Assembly (NCBI GenBank): GCA_015485505.1
Contig: WFTK01000020.1
Location: forward strand, 1-40,698
Length of the DNA stretch: 40,698 bases
Direction: 5' to 3'
DNA from: Patescibacteria group bacterium
GTDB taxonomy: Bacteria; Patescibacteriota; Minisyncoccia; Phycocordibacterales; UBA2100
Shown: piece after piece, positions 26,147-35,831 of the stretch
How the letters are laid out: every line of letters begins with the position of its first letter
Numbering within the stretch: the first letter of the stretch is position 1
Notes under the pieces: generated by a model
What the model saw: the letters and a program-made list of their open reading frames with translations, nothing else
The model's database searches: none
Told to the model about the DNA's origin: nothing
Position numbers and translations under genes: made by a program

Positions 26147-26184
26147 ATTGTTAATGGTGGAGCGTCTTAGCTTAATATGATAGA

Positions 26185-27432
26185 ATGCTTATAATGAAGT
26201 TGAATGAACATTTAAAAGCGCGTGGGTTTATTAACCAATTCTCTGGAGATAGCTTAGAGAAGATTCTTGATGGGGAGAAGAGGACGGTATACCTCGGTGT
26301 AGACCCCACAGCCGACTCTATACACATAGGTAACCTTACTGTGTATATGATGATGCGTCATATTGCCGATGCTGGGCATAAGGTGATATTGCTCGTGGGC
26401 GGTGGTACAGCACTACTGGGCGACCCCAAGGAGACTACAGAGAGAGAGCTCTCAGATGAGGCACAAGTAGCCCAGAGAGCTGAGAAGTTGCGCAAGCAGG
26501 TCTCGGGCCTATTAGACACTGATGTACAAATAGTGAACAATGCAGACTGGCTCAAAGGCCTAGGCTTAGTAGACTTTATGAGAGATATCGGCAAGCTCCT
26601 TACAGTAAATCAGATGATCAAGAAGGAGATAATAGCCAAGCGTCTTAAAGACGAGAATCCAATATCATATACAGAGTTTGCTTATGCGCCTATGCAGGGG
26701 TATGACTTCTTACACCTATTTGAGAATCACAATTGCACAGTGCAAGTTGGAGGCTCAGACCAGTGGGGTAATATGATGACGGGAGTAGAGATTATAAAGA
26801 AGAGAGTGGGTGGAGAAGCCTTCGTCCTCACTGCTCCGTTGATAGTAGATAAAGCCACGGGGAGGAAGTTTGGCAAGAGTGAGGGTAATGCTGTGTGGCT
26901 AGACCCCGAGATGACATCTCCATATGCCTTCTATCAATTTTGGCTCAATGTCTCTGATGATGATGTTGAAGAGAGACTTAAGATATATACACTACTAAGC
27001 CTAGAGGAGATAAGTGAGTTTATGAGGCAAATGCAAGAGGCTCCACAAGAGCGAGTAGCACAGAAGGCTCTTGCATATGAGGTTACTAAGTTTGTGCATG
27101 GTGAGGGTGCGGCAGAGTCTGCCAGGAGTGTCTCAGAGGTGCTATTTGGTGGTAAAGAGTTGTCAGAGCTCTCTAAGGAAGAAGTGGGGATGCTGAAGAC
27201 CGAGGCGCCAACTTATAAGATTAACAATGGAGACAAGTTGATAGATGTGCTAGCACAGAGTGAGCTTGTAAGCTCTAAGACAGAGGCACGTAAAATGATA
27301 GAACAAGGGGCTGTAAGCCTAAGTGGGGTGAAGATTACAGATATAGACTTTGATATTACAGATGCTGACATGGAGAATGGTGTGGCAATATTGCGCAGGG
27401 GGAAGAAGGAGCTTCGGGTGTTGACAATTTAA
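26185..27432 (+). CDS. tyrS: Tyrosyl-tRNA synthetase
   Basis: It has HIGN (the HIGH motif), KFGKS (KMSKS) and a C-terminal S4-like domain. An alternative start is ATG 26197. Confidence 0.95.
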   Translation: MLIMKLNEHLKARGFINQFSGDSLEKILDGEKRTVYLGVDPTADSIHIGNLTVYMMMRHIADAGHKVILLVGGGTALLGDPKETTERELSDEAQVAQRAEKLRKQVSGLLDTDVQIVNNADWLKGLGLVDFMRDIGKLLTVNQMIKKEIIAKRLKDENPISYTEFAYAPMQGYDFLHLFENHNCTVQVGGSDQWGNMMTGVEIIKKRVGGEAFVLTAPLIVDKATGRKFGKSEGNAVWLDPEMTSPYAFYQFWLNVSDDDVEERLKIYTLLSLEEISEFMRQMQEAPQERVAQKALAYEVTKFVHGEGAAESARSVSEVLFGGKELSELSKEEVGMLKTEAPTYKINNGDKLIDVLAQSELVSSKTEARKMIEQGAVSLSGVKITDIDFDITDADMENGVAILRRGKKELRVLTI

Positions 27433-27524
27433 GTAAATTGTTTAGTATATGTAGGTTGTGACTGCCTGTCACGACGCTGCTCGATAGGCTTCTTGCCTGC
27501 AAGAAGCCTGCCTCAACAACTCGT

Positions 27525-27558
27525 CGCGCCTCTCCCAGAGAGTGCGCGGCATTTTTTT
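27525..27558 (+). terminator. Intrinsic terminator after tyrS
   Basis: CGCGCCTCTC-CCA-GAGAG(T)GCGCG forms a 10-bp GC-rich stem with one bulge, followed by GCATTTTTTT. Confidence 0.6.
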
Positions 27559-27585
27559 GCATTATGTTGTGCTAGTTGATACAAT
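27557..27585 (+). promoter_or_regulatory. Sigma-70-like promoter for dnaJ
   Basis: TTGCAT (27557-27562), a 17-nt spacer, then TACAAT (27580-27585). The -10 element is 17 nt upstream of the dnaJ ATG. Confidence 0.5.
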
Positions 27586-27602
27586 GGTGCAACTTGATGA
27601 TT

Positions 27603-28460
27603 ATGAATAATAAAGACTATTACAAAATACTGGAGGTCTCTAGGGATGCTACAGACGAGGAGATTAAAAAAGCCTTTAGGAAGCTCGCACATAAGTACCA
27701 CCCAGATAAAAAGGGTGGAGATGAGAAGAAGTTTAAAGAGATCTCAGAGGCATATGCCACACTCGGAGATAAAACCAAGAGACAACAATATGATATGAGT
27801 GGTGGTGCAGGCGGCTTCAGTGGAGCGGGTGGCCCTGGTGCCGGCTTTGGCGGATTTGACTTTGGAGGCTTCCAGCAGGGGGGCTTTAGTAGCGCTGGTG
27901 CGCAGGGCTTTGAGTTTGACCTTGGAGACATATTTGGTGATATGTTTGGTGGAGGCAGAGCTCGACAACGCAGAGGTAGAGATATACAGATGGACATAGA
28001 CATCACTCTCTCAGAGGCTATATTAGGCACAGAGAAGACTCTTACAGTTAATAAAGATAGCGAGTGCAAAGCATGTAATGGTACAGGTGCTAAGGATGGC
28101 AAGATGGTAAAGTGTATTACTTGTGAGGGTAAGGGCTCTACAGAGCAGGCACGCAAAACACCATTTGGCACAGTTAATATGCAGGTACCCTGCCCAGACT
28201 GTGAAGGCTTAGGTGAGGTACCAAAGGAGAAGTGCAAGGAGTGTGCAGGCAAGGGCTCATATAAGCAACCTACAGAGATAAAGGTCAAGATACCTGCAGG
28301 CATACAGAGCGGGCAAGGGGTGCAGATACATGGTGCTGGTGAGCCTATGCGAGGTGGTACTCCTGGAGACATGATTGTACGTGTGCATATAAATATACCT
28401 AAAAGGTTGACTAAAGAACAAAAGCAGGCTCTAGAGAACTTGAAGAAGGTTGGACTATAA
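27603..28460 (+). CDS. dnaJ: Co-chaperone DnaJ (short C-terminal domain; no dnaK/grpE adjacent)
   Basis: It has a J domain ([15 protein letters not shown]), a G/F-rich linker and four CxxCxGxG zinc-finger repeats ([32 protein letters not shown]). It is 285 aa counted from MNNKDYY. Confidence 0.85.
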   Translation: MNNKDYYKILEVSRDATDEEIKKAFRKLAHKYHPDKKGGDEKKFKEISEAYATLGDKTKRQQYDMSGGAGGFSGAGGPGAGFGGFDFGGFQQGGFSSAGAQGFEFDLGDIFGDMFGGGRARQRRGRDIQMDIDITLSEAILGTEKTLTVNKDSECKACNGTGAKDGKMVKCITCEGKGSTEQARKTPFGTVNMQVPCPDCEGLGEVPKEKCKECAGKGSYKQPTEIKVKIPAGIQSGQGVQIHGAGEPMRGGTPGDMIVRVHINIPKRLTKEQKQALENLKKVGL

Positions 28461-28480
28461 TAATGTTATAATAAACAAAT

Positions 28481-29101
28481 ATGATAATTACATATCACAA
28501 TGGAGGATTTATAAAGATTACAAGTGGCGATATTACTATAGCGATGAACCCTATAAGTAAGAGCTCGAAGCTTAAGGAGGTTAAGTTTGGCGCAGACTTA
28601 GCATTGGTCTCAGTAGATCACGCTGATTGTAATGGTACAGCGTCTGTCACCCGTAGTGGTAAGGAGCTATTTGTTATAGATGGGCCTGGAGAGTATGAGG
28701 TAGCGGGAGTCTTTGCTAAGGGAGTTGCAACAGCTACAGAGTATGGTGGAGAGAGTAAAATAAACACTATGTACTCACTACATGTAGAGGATATACACAT
28801 TGTAAACTTAGGAGCTATTAAAGATGAGAAGCTAACAGGCAAGATGCTAGACGGTATAGATGATATAGATGTGCTCTTGGTGCCTATTGGGGGAGAGGGG
28901 ACTGTAGAGCCTGCTGTGGCTAATAAGCTGGCTAACTCTCTAGAGGCTAAGATAGTTATACCCACCTTCTATAATAATGACTCATTAAAGACTTATCTTA
29001 AAGAGGCTAGTGCCGAGGGTGTAGAAGAGGTAGAGAAGTTAGTACTAAAGAAGAAAGACCTAGACGGCAAGAGTGGAGAGGTTGTGGTACTCAAATCATA
29101 A
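28481..29101 (+). CDS. MBL-fold (beta-lactamase-like) hydrolase family protein with a degenerate metal motif
   Basis: Its overall pattern resembles UPF0173/Lactamase_B_3 proteins (MIITYHNGGFIKI..IAMNP..ADLALVSVDHADCNG). The HxHxDH motif is not intact. Confidence 0.45.
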   Translation: MIITYHNGGFIKITSGDITIAMNPISKSSKLKEVKFGADLALVSVDHADCNGTASVTRSGKELFVIDGPGEYEVAGVFAKGVATATEYGGESKINTMYSLHVEDIHIVNLGAIKDEKLTGKMLDGIDDIDVLLVPIGGEGTVEPAVANKLANSLEAKIVIPTFYNNDSLKTYLKEASAEGVEEVEKLVLKKKDLDGKSGEVVVLKS

Positions 29102-29823
29102 TGAAGAGTAGCAAACACAAGAATAAGAAGTTTTGGGACAAGGAGTATAATAAACGAGGCGCTGGACATAATCTAGCTGTGTCTACTGCGCCTAGTAGCG
29201 ACCTTGTAAAATTTTTAAAATGGCTTGATAAGCACCCTGAGAGTGGAGTTGAGCTCGGAGCAGGGTCTTTTGTGTATGATATAGGCTGTGGTAATGGGCG
29301 TAATCTACTATACTTAGCTAGAGAGTTTGGGATGATTGGTGCCGGCTTTGATATATCTGATGAGGCCATAGCACATGCCAAGAGTAAGGCTGATAAACAT
29401 AATTTAAATCTAGGCTTTAAGGTTAAAGCATTAGATGGGCTTATAGATATGCCAGATAACTCTGTAGACCTGGCATTAGACATGATGGTTAGTCACTTCT
29501 TAAATGCTCGGGGTAGGAACTCTCTGCGCAAGGAGATTGCTCGTGTGCTTAAGCCTGGTGGGTGGCTCTTTTATAAGACCTTTTTACTTGATGGAGATAG
29601 GAATGCTAAGAGGATGTTAAAGGAGTACCCGAGTGGGGAAGAGGGGACATATATGCATCCTAAGATGTCTGTAGCTGAGCATGTTAGTAGTGAGGAGGAG
29701 ATTAGGGAGTTGTATGGAGAATATTTTAACCTACACAAAGTATTAAAGTCTCATAATCATCTTAAAAATGGGAGAGCAAACAAAAGACGGAGTATCTCCG
29801 TATATGCTCAGAATTTAAAATAG
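29101..29823 (+). CDS. Class I SAM-dependent methyltransferase
   Basis: It has SAM motif I VYDIGCGNGRNLLYLA, post-I GFDISDEAI and motif IV-like LKPGGWLF. The start overlaps the upstream stop (TAATG). Confidence 0.7.
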   Translation: MKSSKHKNKKFWDKEYNKRGAGHNLAVSTAPSSDLVKFLKWLDKHPESGVELGAGSFVYDIGCGNGRNLLYLAREFGMIGAGFDISDEAIAHAKSKADKHNLNLGFKVKALDGLIDMPDNSVDLALDMMVSHFLNARGRNSLRKEIARVLKPGGWLFYKTFLLDGDRNAKRMLKEYPSGEEGTYMHPKMSVAEHVSSEEEIRELYGEYFNLHKVLKSHNHLKNGRANKRRSISVYAQNLK

Positions 29824-29826
29824 GGC

Positions 29827-29951
29827 ACAAACACAGCATAATTACTCAAAGAGGTACACGATATTTTGCCCGCGGGCAAAATTCGCCGTCTCCCTCAGGC
29901 TTAGCGAGCCCTCAGTCCGACAGCCTCTTTGAGTAATTATGCTGTGTTTGT
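29827..29951. repeat. 125-nt element with 28-bp perfect terminal inverted repeats and a nested 20-nt perfect palindrome
   Basis: ACAAACACAGCATAATTACTCAAAGAGG (29827-29854) is the exact reverse complement of 29924-29951. The 69-nt interior contains ATTTTGCCCGCGGGCAAAAT (29863-29882) and two CCCTCAG direct copies. The element fills the gap between the methyltransferase and rpmA stop codons. Confidence 0.9.
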
Positions 29952-29956
29952 AGTAT

Positions 29957-30235
29957 TTAGCTTGTGACAATCTCAACCTTACGGCGTCGTACAGTCTTGC
30001 CTGTGAAGTTGGTCTTGCGGACATTGCTAAACTTAACAATACCGGCTTTGAGCGCGTATAGAGTATGGTCTTTACCTATGCCGACATTATCACCCTTAAG
30101 GATCTTGGTACCTCGCTGACGCACTATAATCTCACCCTCTTTGGCCTTTTGTCCATCTGCTAGCTTAAGCCCCAAATATTGTGCATTTGAGTCTCTTAAG
30201 TTTTTTGCTGATCCACCTGCTTTTTTATGTGCCAT
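29957..30235 (-). CDS. rpmA: 50S ribosomal protein L27
   Basis: It starts [24 protein letters not shown] and contains IIVRQRGTK. It is 92 aa. Confidence 0.95.
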   Translation of the reverse strand: MAHKKAGGSAKNLRDSNAQYLGLKLADGQKAKEGEIIVRQRGTKILKGDNVGIGKDHTLYALKAGIVKFSNVRKTNFTGKTVRRRKVEIVTS

Positions 30236-30244
30236 AATGTTATA

Positions 30245-30619
30245 ATGTCGTTAATGAGCGCTAGTATAAAAGAAATAGTAAAGAAAATCAAGCACTTTTA
30301 CACAAATCTACCAGACAAGCTGTTTATGATCATTGTGCTTATATTAGTAGGGTTTAGCTCTTTTGGCTTGGGGAGACTTTCATTATTAGATCAAAACAAA
30401 CAACATGTCTCATTAACATACAATACAGATATTGGCATGATGCCAAATCAAGATATTGAAGGTGCAGTAGTAGTCTCTAAGCGAGGTACTAAGTACCATT
30501 ACCCTTGGTGCTCCGGAGCAAGGCGTATAAGTGCTAGTAATAAGAGGTGGTTTAGCTCTATAGAGAGTGCCAAGAGAGCAGGGTATACTCCAGCGAATAA
30601 TTGCAAGGGACTCAAGTAG
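30245..30619 (+). CDS. Membrane-anchored small protein with a C-terminal Cys-containing Ada-Zn-like ('sunset'-type) domain
   Basis: It has one TM helix ([18 protein letters not shown]) followed by [38 protein letters not shown] (YHxxxC ... GYxPxxxC). I call the start at the Met downstream of the divergent rpmA start. The family assignment is tentative. Confidence 0.45.
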   Translation: MSLMSASIKEIVKKIKHFYTNLPDKLFMIIVLILVGFSSFGLGRLSLLDQNKQHVSLTYNTDIGMMPNQDIEGAVVVSKRGTKYHYPWCSGARRISASNKRWFSSIESAKRAGYTPANNCKGLK

Positions 30620-30655
30620 TTGGAGGTTTAGAGGTTATGGTTTATAGTTATATGT

Positions 30656-31258
30656 ATGTTGGTATTAGATATAGAGGCATCAGGATTGGACTATAAAGAG
30701 AGTTCTATCGTAAGCTTAGGTGCATTAGATCTGCATAATCCTACAAATCGGTTTTATGCTGAGTGTAAGGTGTGGGATGGTGCACATATCTCTGATGAGG
30801 CACTTGAGGTTAACGGCTTTACCAAAGAGGAGGTGATGGATGAAGATAAGATGTCTGAGGCAGAGCTTATACGCAACTTTATAGATTGGAGTAAACAGAT
30901 TGAGGATGATAGGACACTAGCGGGGCAGAATGTCTCTTTTGATAGAGATTATGTGCAAGCGGCATGCAATAGAGCAGGGGTGGAGTACCCATTTGCCCAT
31001 CGCACCATAGACACACATTCACTTGCTTGGATACACTATATTAATCGTGGGCTCGAGCCTCCAATTGACAAAGAGCATAAGCGTAGTGCTCTCAACTTAG
31101 ACGCCGTGCTTAACTACTGTGGCATACCAGACGAGCCTGAGCCACATAATGCACTTACCGGAGCACTGAGCCATGCCGAGGTGATATATAGACTCTTGTA
31201 TGGTAAAAAGCTTTTACCGGAGTTTGATCAATTTGATATACCTTGGGTTAAAGGCTAA
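30656..31258 (+). CDS. DEDD-family 3'-5' exonuclease (DnaQ/RNase T-like)
   Basis: It has Exo I LVLDIEASGL, Exo II GQNVSFDRDYV and Exo III-like HNALTGALSHAE. It is 200 aa. Confidence 0.6.
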   Translation: MLVLDIEASGLDYKESSIVSLGALDLHNPTNRFYAECKVWDGAHISDEALEVNGFTKEEVMDEDKMSEAELIRNFIDWSKQIEDDRTLAGQNVSFDRDYVQAACNRAGVEYPFAHRTIDTHSLAWIHYINRGLEPPIDKEHKRSALNLDAVLNYCGIPDEPEPHNALTGALSHAEVIYRLLYGKKLLPEFDQFDIPWVKG

Positions 31259-31263
31259 AGATA

Positions 31264-31917
31264 ATGTTTAAGCATAGAGACGCTACAAACCATGGTATAG
31301 ATATTGCGAAGGGGAGGGTAGACGCCCTAGATAAGCAAGTATTAGAGTATGCCCTTAGCCACAAGGGGAGGAAGCTCGCAGTAGACTTAGGCTCCGGAGA
31401 GAGTAGACTCTCGGCGATCTTGTTGCTGTTGGGCTGGGAGGTGTGGCTGTATGATATTAAAGACCTCTCAAAATATTGTGCGACACTAGAGCAACTCAGT
31501 AGTGCAGGGGAGAAGCTCCACTTTAAGCAGGTGGATTTAAAAGATTTAAATAGTAGCGATCTACCTAGTGATATCTCTTTGGTGATTTCTCAACGGACTC
31601 TGCATCATTTGCCTTATGGGTCATCAGTTAGTTTATTAAAGAACGTTTATAATAAGATGACAGCTGGAGGTAAGTTATTTATGTCTGTATCTGGTATAGA
31701 GAGTAAACTCGCTGAGGGATATGAGTGTGCCAACTCCCCTATAGGAGAAAGATTTTGCAAGGTAGGGGGAGTGGGTCAGACAACCTATAGTATTACAGAT
31801 AATGTATGCTTATATACTAAGGGGGAGGCTAGAGAGCTTGTAGAGAGTGCTCAACTTAATGTTGAGAGTATAAGTAACTCTGACTTTGGTAATATTAGAA
31901 TTATTGCAAATAAATAG
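31264..31917 (+). CDS. Class I SAM-dependent methyltransferase
   Basis: It has motif I LAVDLGSGESRLS and an acidic post-I residue (LYDIKD). Its size is typical for the family. Confidence 0.6.
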   Translation: MFKHRDATNHGIDIAKGRVDALDKQVLEYALSHKGRKLAVDLGSGESRLSAILLLLGWEVWLYDIKDLSKYCATLEQLSSAGEKLHFKQVDLKDLNSSDLPSDISLVISQRTLHHLPYGSSVSLLKNVYNKMTAGGKLFMSVSGIESKLAEGYECANSPIGERFCKVGGVGQTTYSITDNVCLYTKGEARELVESAQLNVESISNSDFGNIRIIANK

Positions 31918-32027
31918 AGGTACTACTGTATAAGTAACTCTATAGTCGTTAAATGTATATTGTGCGACGCTATATATAAACTGGCCTAGGGCCTACTCTA
32001 CTCTCTTCTCTTTTTAAGTTTTTAGTT

Positions 32028-33290
32028 TTAGTACAAATAATCTATTGGGTTTAAGTATCCGCTATATGCTGATATAGGCACCTTAACTACCGTACCGGTA
32101 CTTTTGCATTTATATTGTTTAAACTTAACAGCATCTGATGCGTAAGTTGTTAAGTGTAGGTGTGGTCCAAAGGCATAGCCAGTGTTCCCTGCAAAGCCGA
32201 CTCTCTGACCTGTAGATATTGCCTGCCCTTTCTTTACAGAGATGGCGCTTAAGTGAGCATATAGAGTTGTTAGCCCATTATTATGATCTATAAGCACCCA
32301 TTTACCATATTGGCAATTTTTTGCCACCTTTTCATTAGTGTCTATAACGGTACCGTCAAGTACGGAGTTAACTCTTGAACCTAGTGGAGCTCGCAAATCT
32401 AAACCATTATGTCCTCTGCCATTATATGCGCCAGACTTGGCAAATTTAGTGTTACCAAAGTATTGAGTCACATATCTACTGGCTACCGGCCAGGCAAATA
32501 TGCTACTCCCCTTCTCTGGTATTGAGCCTTTGTTTAATACAAATTTCAGCTGGGCCTCAAATGCTGCCATCTGTGCCTCAAAACTCTTCTTAGCGGCTCG
32601 CTTCTCTGCTAGTATTTTCTGATACTCACTCTCTTTGTTTTTTGTTTGCTTTAGTAGATTATCTTTAGCTTGTCTCGCCAAATCGAGACTCTTTTTATTA
32701 CTTGCCAGCTCCTCCTTTTCAGCGGCTAGGCGCCTCTTCTCCTCTTCTGTAGCATTTACATCTATAGAGAGTTTTTGCTTGGCCTCTTCAAGCTCTTTCA
32801 TCCTACTACTGACAACGGATTGAAATTGTTGTATAGAGTCTGCGGCTGTCCAGGCATTTGCTATACTTTGTTTTTGCAAAAGGAGCTCTATAAAAGATAT
32901 ATCATCCATTTGATTTACTCTGCGCAGAGTTTCAGCTAAGCCTTTTGTCCCATTATCAATTTTACTTACATAGTCTGATATTTGCTCACTTAGAGTTTTA
33001 ATTTTATTTTGTGTTATATTTATCTTGCTTTTAGCTAGTCGTATTTTAGCGGCTGCCTTACGACGAGACTGATCTAAAGCATAAATATTATTTTGGAGCG
33101 TTTTCTTTTTTCCTTGTACTTTATTTAGATTTTCTTCATATTGTTTAATCTCTCTCTCTATTTTTTGTATCTCCTCCCTATTGCCTTGTATCTTGGTACG
33201 GATCTCATTAATGCTATCAGTGGCAGCATACGTAAATATAGGAGTTAACAAGAGTAAAAATATAAAGACTGATATTGTATATAACCGCAT
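32028..33290 (-). CDS. Secreted coiled-coil M23 peptidase (EnvC-like murein hydrolase or activator)
   Basis: It has a signal peptide, about 230 aa of heptad-rich coiled coil, and a LytM domain with HNGLDLRAP and GNTGYAFGPHLHL. Confidence 0.85.
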   Translation of the reverse strand: MRLYTISVFIFLLLLTPIFTYAATDSINEIRTKIQGNREEIQKIEREIKQYEENLNKVQGKKKTLQNNIYALDQSRRKAAAKIRLAKSKINITQNKIKTLSEQISDYVSKIDNGTKGLAETLRRVNQMDDISFIELLLQKQSIANAWTAADSIQQFQSVVSSRMKELEEAKQKLSIDVNATEEEKRRLAAEKEELASNKKSLDLARQAKDNLLKQTKNKESEYQKILAEKRAAKKSFEAQMAAFEAQLKFVLNKGSIPEKGSSIFAWPVASRYVTQYFGNTKFAKSGAYNGRGHNGLDLRAPLGSRVNSVLDGTVIDTNEKVAKNCQYGKWVLIDHNNGLTTLYAHLSAISVKKGQAISTGQRVGFAGNTGYAFGPHLHLTTYASDAVKFKQYKCKSTGTVVKVPISAYSGYLNPIDYLY

Positions 33291-33328
33291 GAGGGTATTA
33301 TAACATATAGTATAAACTGTCTATAAAT

Positions 33329-34696
33329 CTATAAAGATGCTTTTGCAGACTCCAATCTCTCTATAGTTTTATCTTTACCTAATATATATGCAACAGTAAA
33401 TGGGTCTGGGGAGCGCTCTGCGCCGGTGAGTGAGTAGCGCATAGGCCAGAGCACAGCTCCCTTCCCCTGTTCTTCGGCATAGGACCATATTACTGCTTTT
33501 ATATTCTCTATCTGCCAGTCAGTAACAGATACATCCTCTACTAGACTTATTATCTTATTTAAGTGTGTTTTAGTATCTTGTATTGTGCTATTTTTCCATA
33601 CTATTTTGTTCTTATCTATAGGCATCGGATTCTCTAGCCAAGCTAAATCTGTATCACATATTGTCTGCACGTCGCTCCACTTATTTATACGCTCTTTAAT
33701 GACCTTGTGTATTATCTCATCTTTAACATCAGCAGGCGCATTAGATACAAATAAGGTTATTCGGCTAGGCAGATATTGATTTATTTTTGCTTCCAGCTCT
33801 TCTTTTGGTAACGTATTTATATAATGTTTATTTATAGAGTCTAGCTTCTCATAAGAGAACATTGCTGAGGATTTATTAACGCCTTCGAGAGTAAACACTT
33901 CTATAAGCTCTTGTGTAGTATAGTATTCCCTATCATCTTTGCCGCTCCAGCCTAAGAGTGCAAGATAGTTGATTATTGCTTCTGGTAGGTAACCTAACTC
34001 GGCAAACTTCTGATATGTTACAGCACCGTGCCTTTTACTTAGTTTCTTCTTATCCTCTCCTATTATCATGGGCAAGTGAGCATAGCGTGGGACCTTGCCC
34101 CCTAATGCCTCTATCAATAGTATTTGTCTTGGTGTAGATGTTATGTGATCCTCCCCTCTTATTATGTCTGTTATGCCCATATCTATATCATCCACTACTA
34201 CGGTTAGATGATACAGAGGATTGTTTAAGCTCCTAGCTATTACAAAATCTCCAAAGTCAGTAGTGTCTATGCTAATCTCGCCTCTGATTGCATCAGTAAA
34301 TGTTACAGCCTTATTTGGGTTCTTAAATCGTATTACTTTAGAGTCAGGGTCATCTTTAGAACTCTCTGCCTCATATGCATGACCGGTGTCTATGAGAGTC
34401 TTAATGGCTTTTGTATACAACTCTCCCCTCTCGCTTTGCCTATAGGGGCCGTGGTTAAAGGTTATACCCAGTGCCTCTAATGCTTCAAGTGCCACTGTCT
34501 CAAATTCTTTCTTACTGCGCTCTTTATCAGTATCTTCAAAGCGCATATATATGTCGCTCTCTCCTCCCGTAAGCTCATTGTGTTTGGCAAAGAGGTAATT
34601 AAATAGCATTGTACGTATGTTACCTATATGCAATTCTCCTGTAGGGCTGGGTGGGAATCTTACGGCAATGTACTGAGTTGGGGTTTTATTGCTCAT
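33329..34696 (-). CDS. gltX: Glutamyl-tRNA synthetase
   Basis: It has RFPPSPTGELHIGNIRT (HIGH) and KLSKRHG (KMSKS). It overlaps the murG 3' end by 11 nt. Confidence 0.95.
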   Translation of the reverse strand: MSNKTPTQYIAVRFPPSPTGELHIGNIRTMLFNYLFAKHNELTGGESDIYMRFEDTDKERSKKEFETVALEALEALGITFNHGPYRQSERGELYTKAIKTLIDTGHAYEAESSKDDPDSKVIRFKNPNKAVTFTDAIRGEISIDTTDFGDFVIARSLNNPLYHLTVVVDDIDMGITDIIRGEDHITSTPRQILLIEALGGKVPRYAHLPMIIGEDKKKLSKRHGAVTYQKFAELGYLPEAIINYLALLGWSGKDDREYYTTQELIEVFTLEGVNKSSAMFSYEKLDSINKHYINTLPKEELEAKINQYLPSRITLFVSNAPADVKDEIIHKVIKERINKWSDVQTICDTDLAWLENPMPIDKNKIVWKNSTIQDTKTHLNKIISLVEDVSVTDWQIENIKAVIWSYAEEQGKGAVLWPMRYSLTGAERSPDPFTVAYILGKDKTIERLESAKASL

Positions 34697-35825
34697 GTTC
34701 TAGTGCGGTCTTAAGAATTATATTTGCAATCTTATATGCGGCATCCGGCTTGGCGAAGGCTAGAGCAGCCTTGCTCATATTTTCTCGTAGAGTTTTATCT
34801 TGCATTATGCGGTCTGTCTCGTTGATAAGTATAGATGGCTCAAGGTTACGTTGTTTTATCATTACTGCCGCTCCTGTACTTGCATATGTGTAGGCATTTT
34901 TGGTTTGATCATGAGATATATCTTCAGGTATAGGTATTATAATACTCGGTAAACCCCAGTTAGCGGCCTCAAATATAGTGCCTGAGCCGGCTCGTATAAT
35001 AAGCATGTCTGCTGCTCCAGCCGACATACGCATTGCAAGAGTATTTAAAAATCCAAATGATTTGTACCTGTGCGCATATGGATGGTCTTTTAATATAACC
35101 TTCGCAATACCGTTAACTTGATCAATATTTTTAGGTCCTGTTTGGTGTATTATTTGATATCTTAATAATAGCTCCGGCAAGGCGTCTAATATAGTATCAT
35201 TTATTGCCTTAGCTCCTAGAGATCCACCCATTACAAATATCGTTGGGACAGCCTTGTCTAAGTCTAAATACTCATGAGCGCCCTCTTTAGCTGGTTTAGC
35301 TATAGAGGCTCTGACCGGATTACCAGTTAGGGCAATCTTCTTTCGTGGGACTTTAGGGAAGAGTTGAGAAGTCCCAGGATAAGACACTGCCACCCAGCGT
35401 GCTAAGCGCGCTCCAAGCTTATTTGCCTTACCTGGCACGGCATCACTCTCGTGCACTACTATAGGTATACGTAAGAGCCAGGCTGCCAGTACAGTAGGTA
35501 CGCTTACATAACCACCTTTGCTAAATACGACATCAGGATAGAGTACAAAGAGCTTCCACAGGGCCTTAATGGTGCCAAAGAGTACTATAAACGGGTCAAA
35601 GAAGTTTCTTATAGAGAAGTACTTGCGCACCTTCCCAGATGGTGCATGTATGAAGGTTATATTGTGCTCTGCCAAGGCACCTCTATCATACTCCTCAGTA
35701 CCTATATAATATAGTGAAGGCTCTATTATCTTCTCCTCGGCAGCTATATTGTATATTTCAGCAGCTACAGCCATAAGAGGATAAAAGTGCCCACCTGTTC
35801 CGCCGCCTGTTAATACGATTTTCAT
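34686..35825 (-). CDS. murG: UDP-GlcNAc:lipid I N-acetylglucosaminyltransferase
   Basis: It starts MKIVLTGGGTGGHFYPLMAVA (G-loop) and has the C-terminal GT28 domain (IIRAGSGTIFE). Confidence 0.95.
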   Translation of the reverse strand: MKIVLTGGGTGGHFYPLMAVAAEIYNIAAEEKIIEPSLYYIGTEEYDRGALAEHNITFIHAPSGKVRKYFSIRNFFDPFIVLFGTIKALWKLFVLYPDVVFSKGGYVSVPTVLAAWLLRIPIVVHESDAVPGKANKLGARLARWVAVSYPGTSQLFPKVPRKKIALTGNPVRASIAKPAKEGAHEYLDLDKAVPTIFVMGGSLGAKAINDTILDALPELLLRYQIIHQTGPKNIDQVNGIAKVILKDHPYAHRYKSFGFLNTLAMRMSAGAADMLIIRAGSGTIFEAANWGLPSIIIPIPEDISHDQTKNAYTYASTGAAVMIKQRNLEPSILINETDRIMQDKTLRENMSKAALAFAKPDAAYKIANIILKTALEHEQ

Positions 35826-35831
35826 ATCTTA

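Noticed and set aside
26147-26184. T-box leaders upstream of tyrS and of pheS, gltX and lysS.
   Set aside because: The upstream gaps are only about 30-50 nt, far too short for a T-box. No specifier or T-box sequence is seen.
29855-29923. A small self-cleaving ribozyme (hammerhead-like CUGA..GAA) inside the 125-nt inverted-repeat element.
   Set aside because: The two CUGAGGG strings on the minus strand do not match the CUGANGA core, and no matching GAAA/UH elements are arranged around three helices.
29842-30039. 65-aa minus-strand ORF spanning the inverted-repeat element and the rpmA 3' end.
   Set aside because: It overlaps rpmA in another frame and is created by the palindrome. It shows no coding features.
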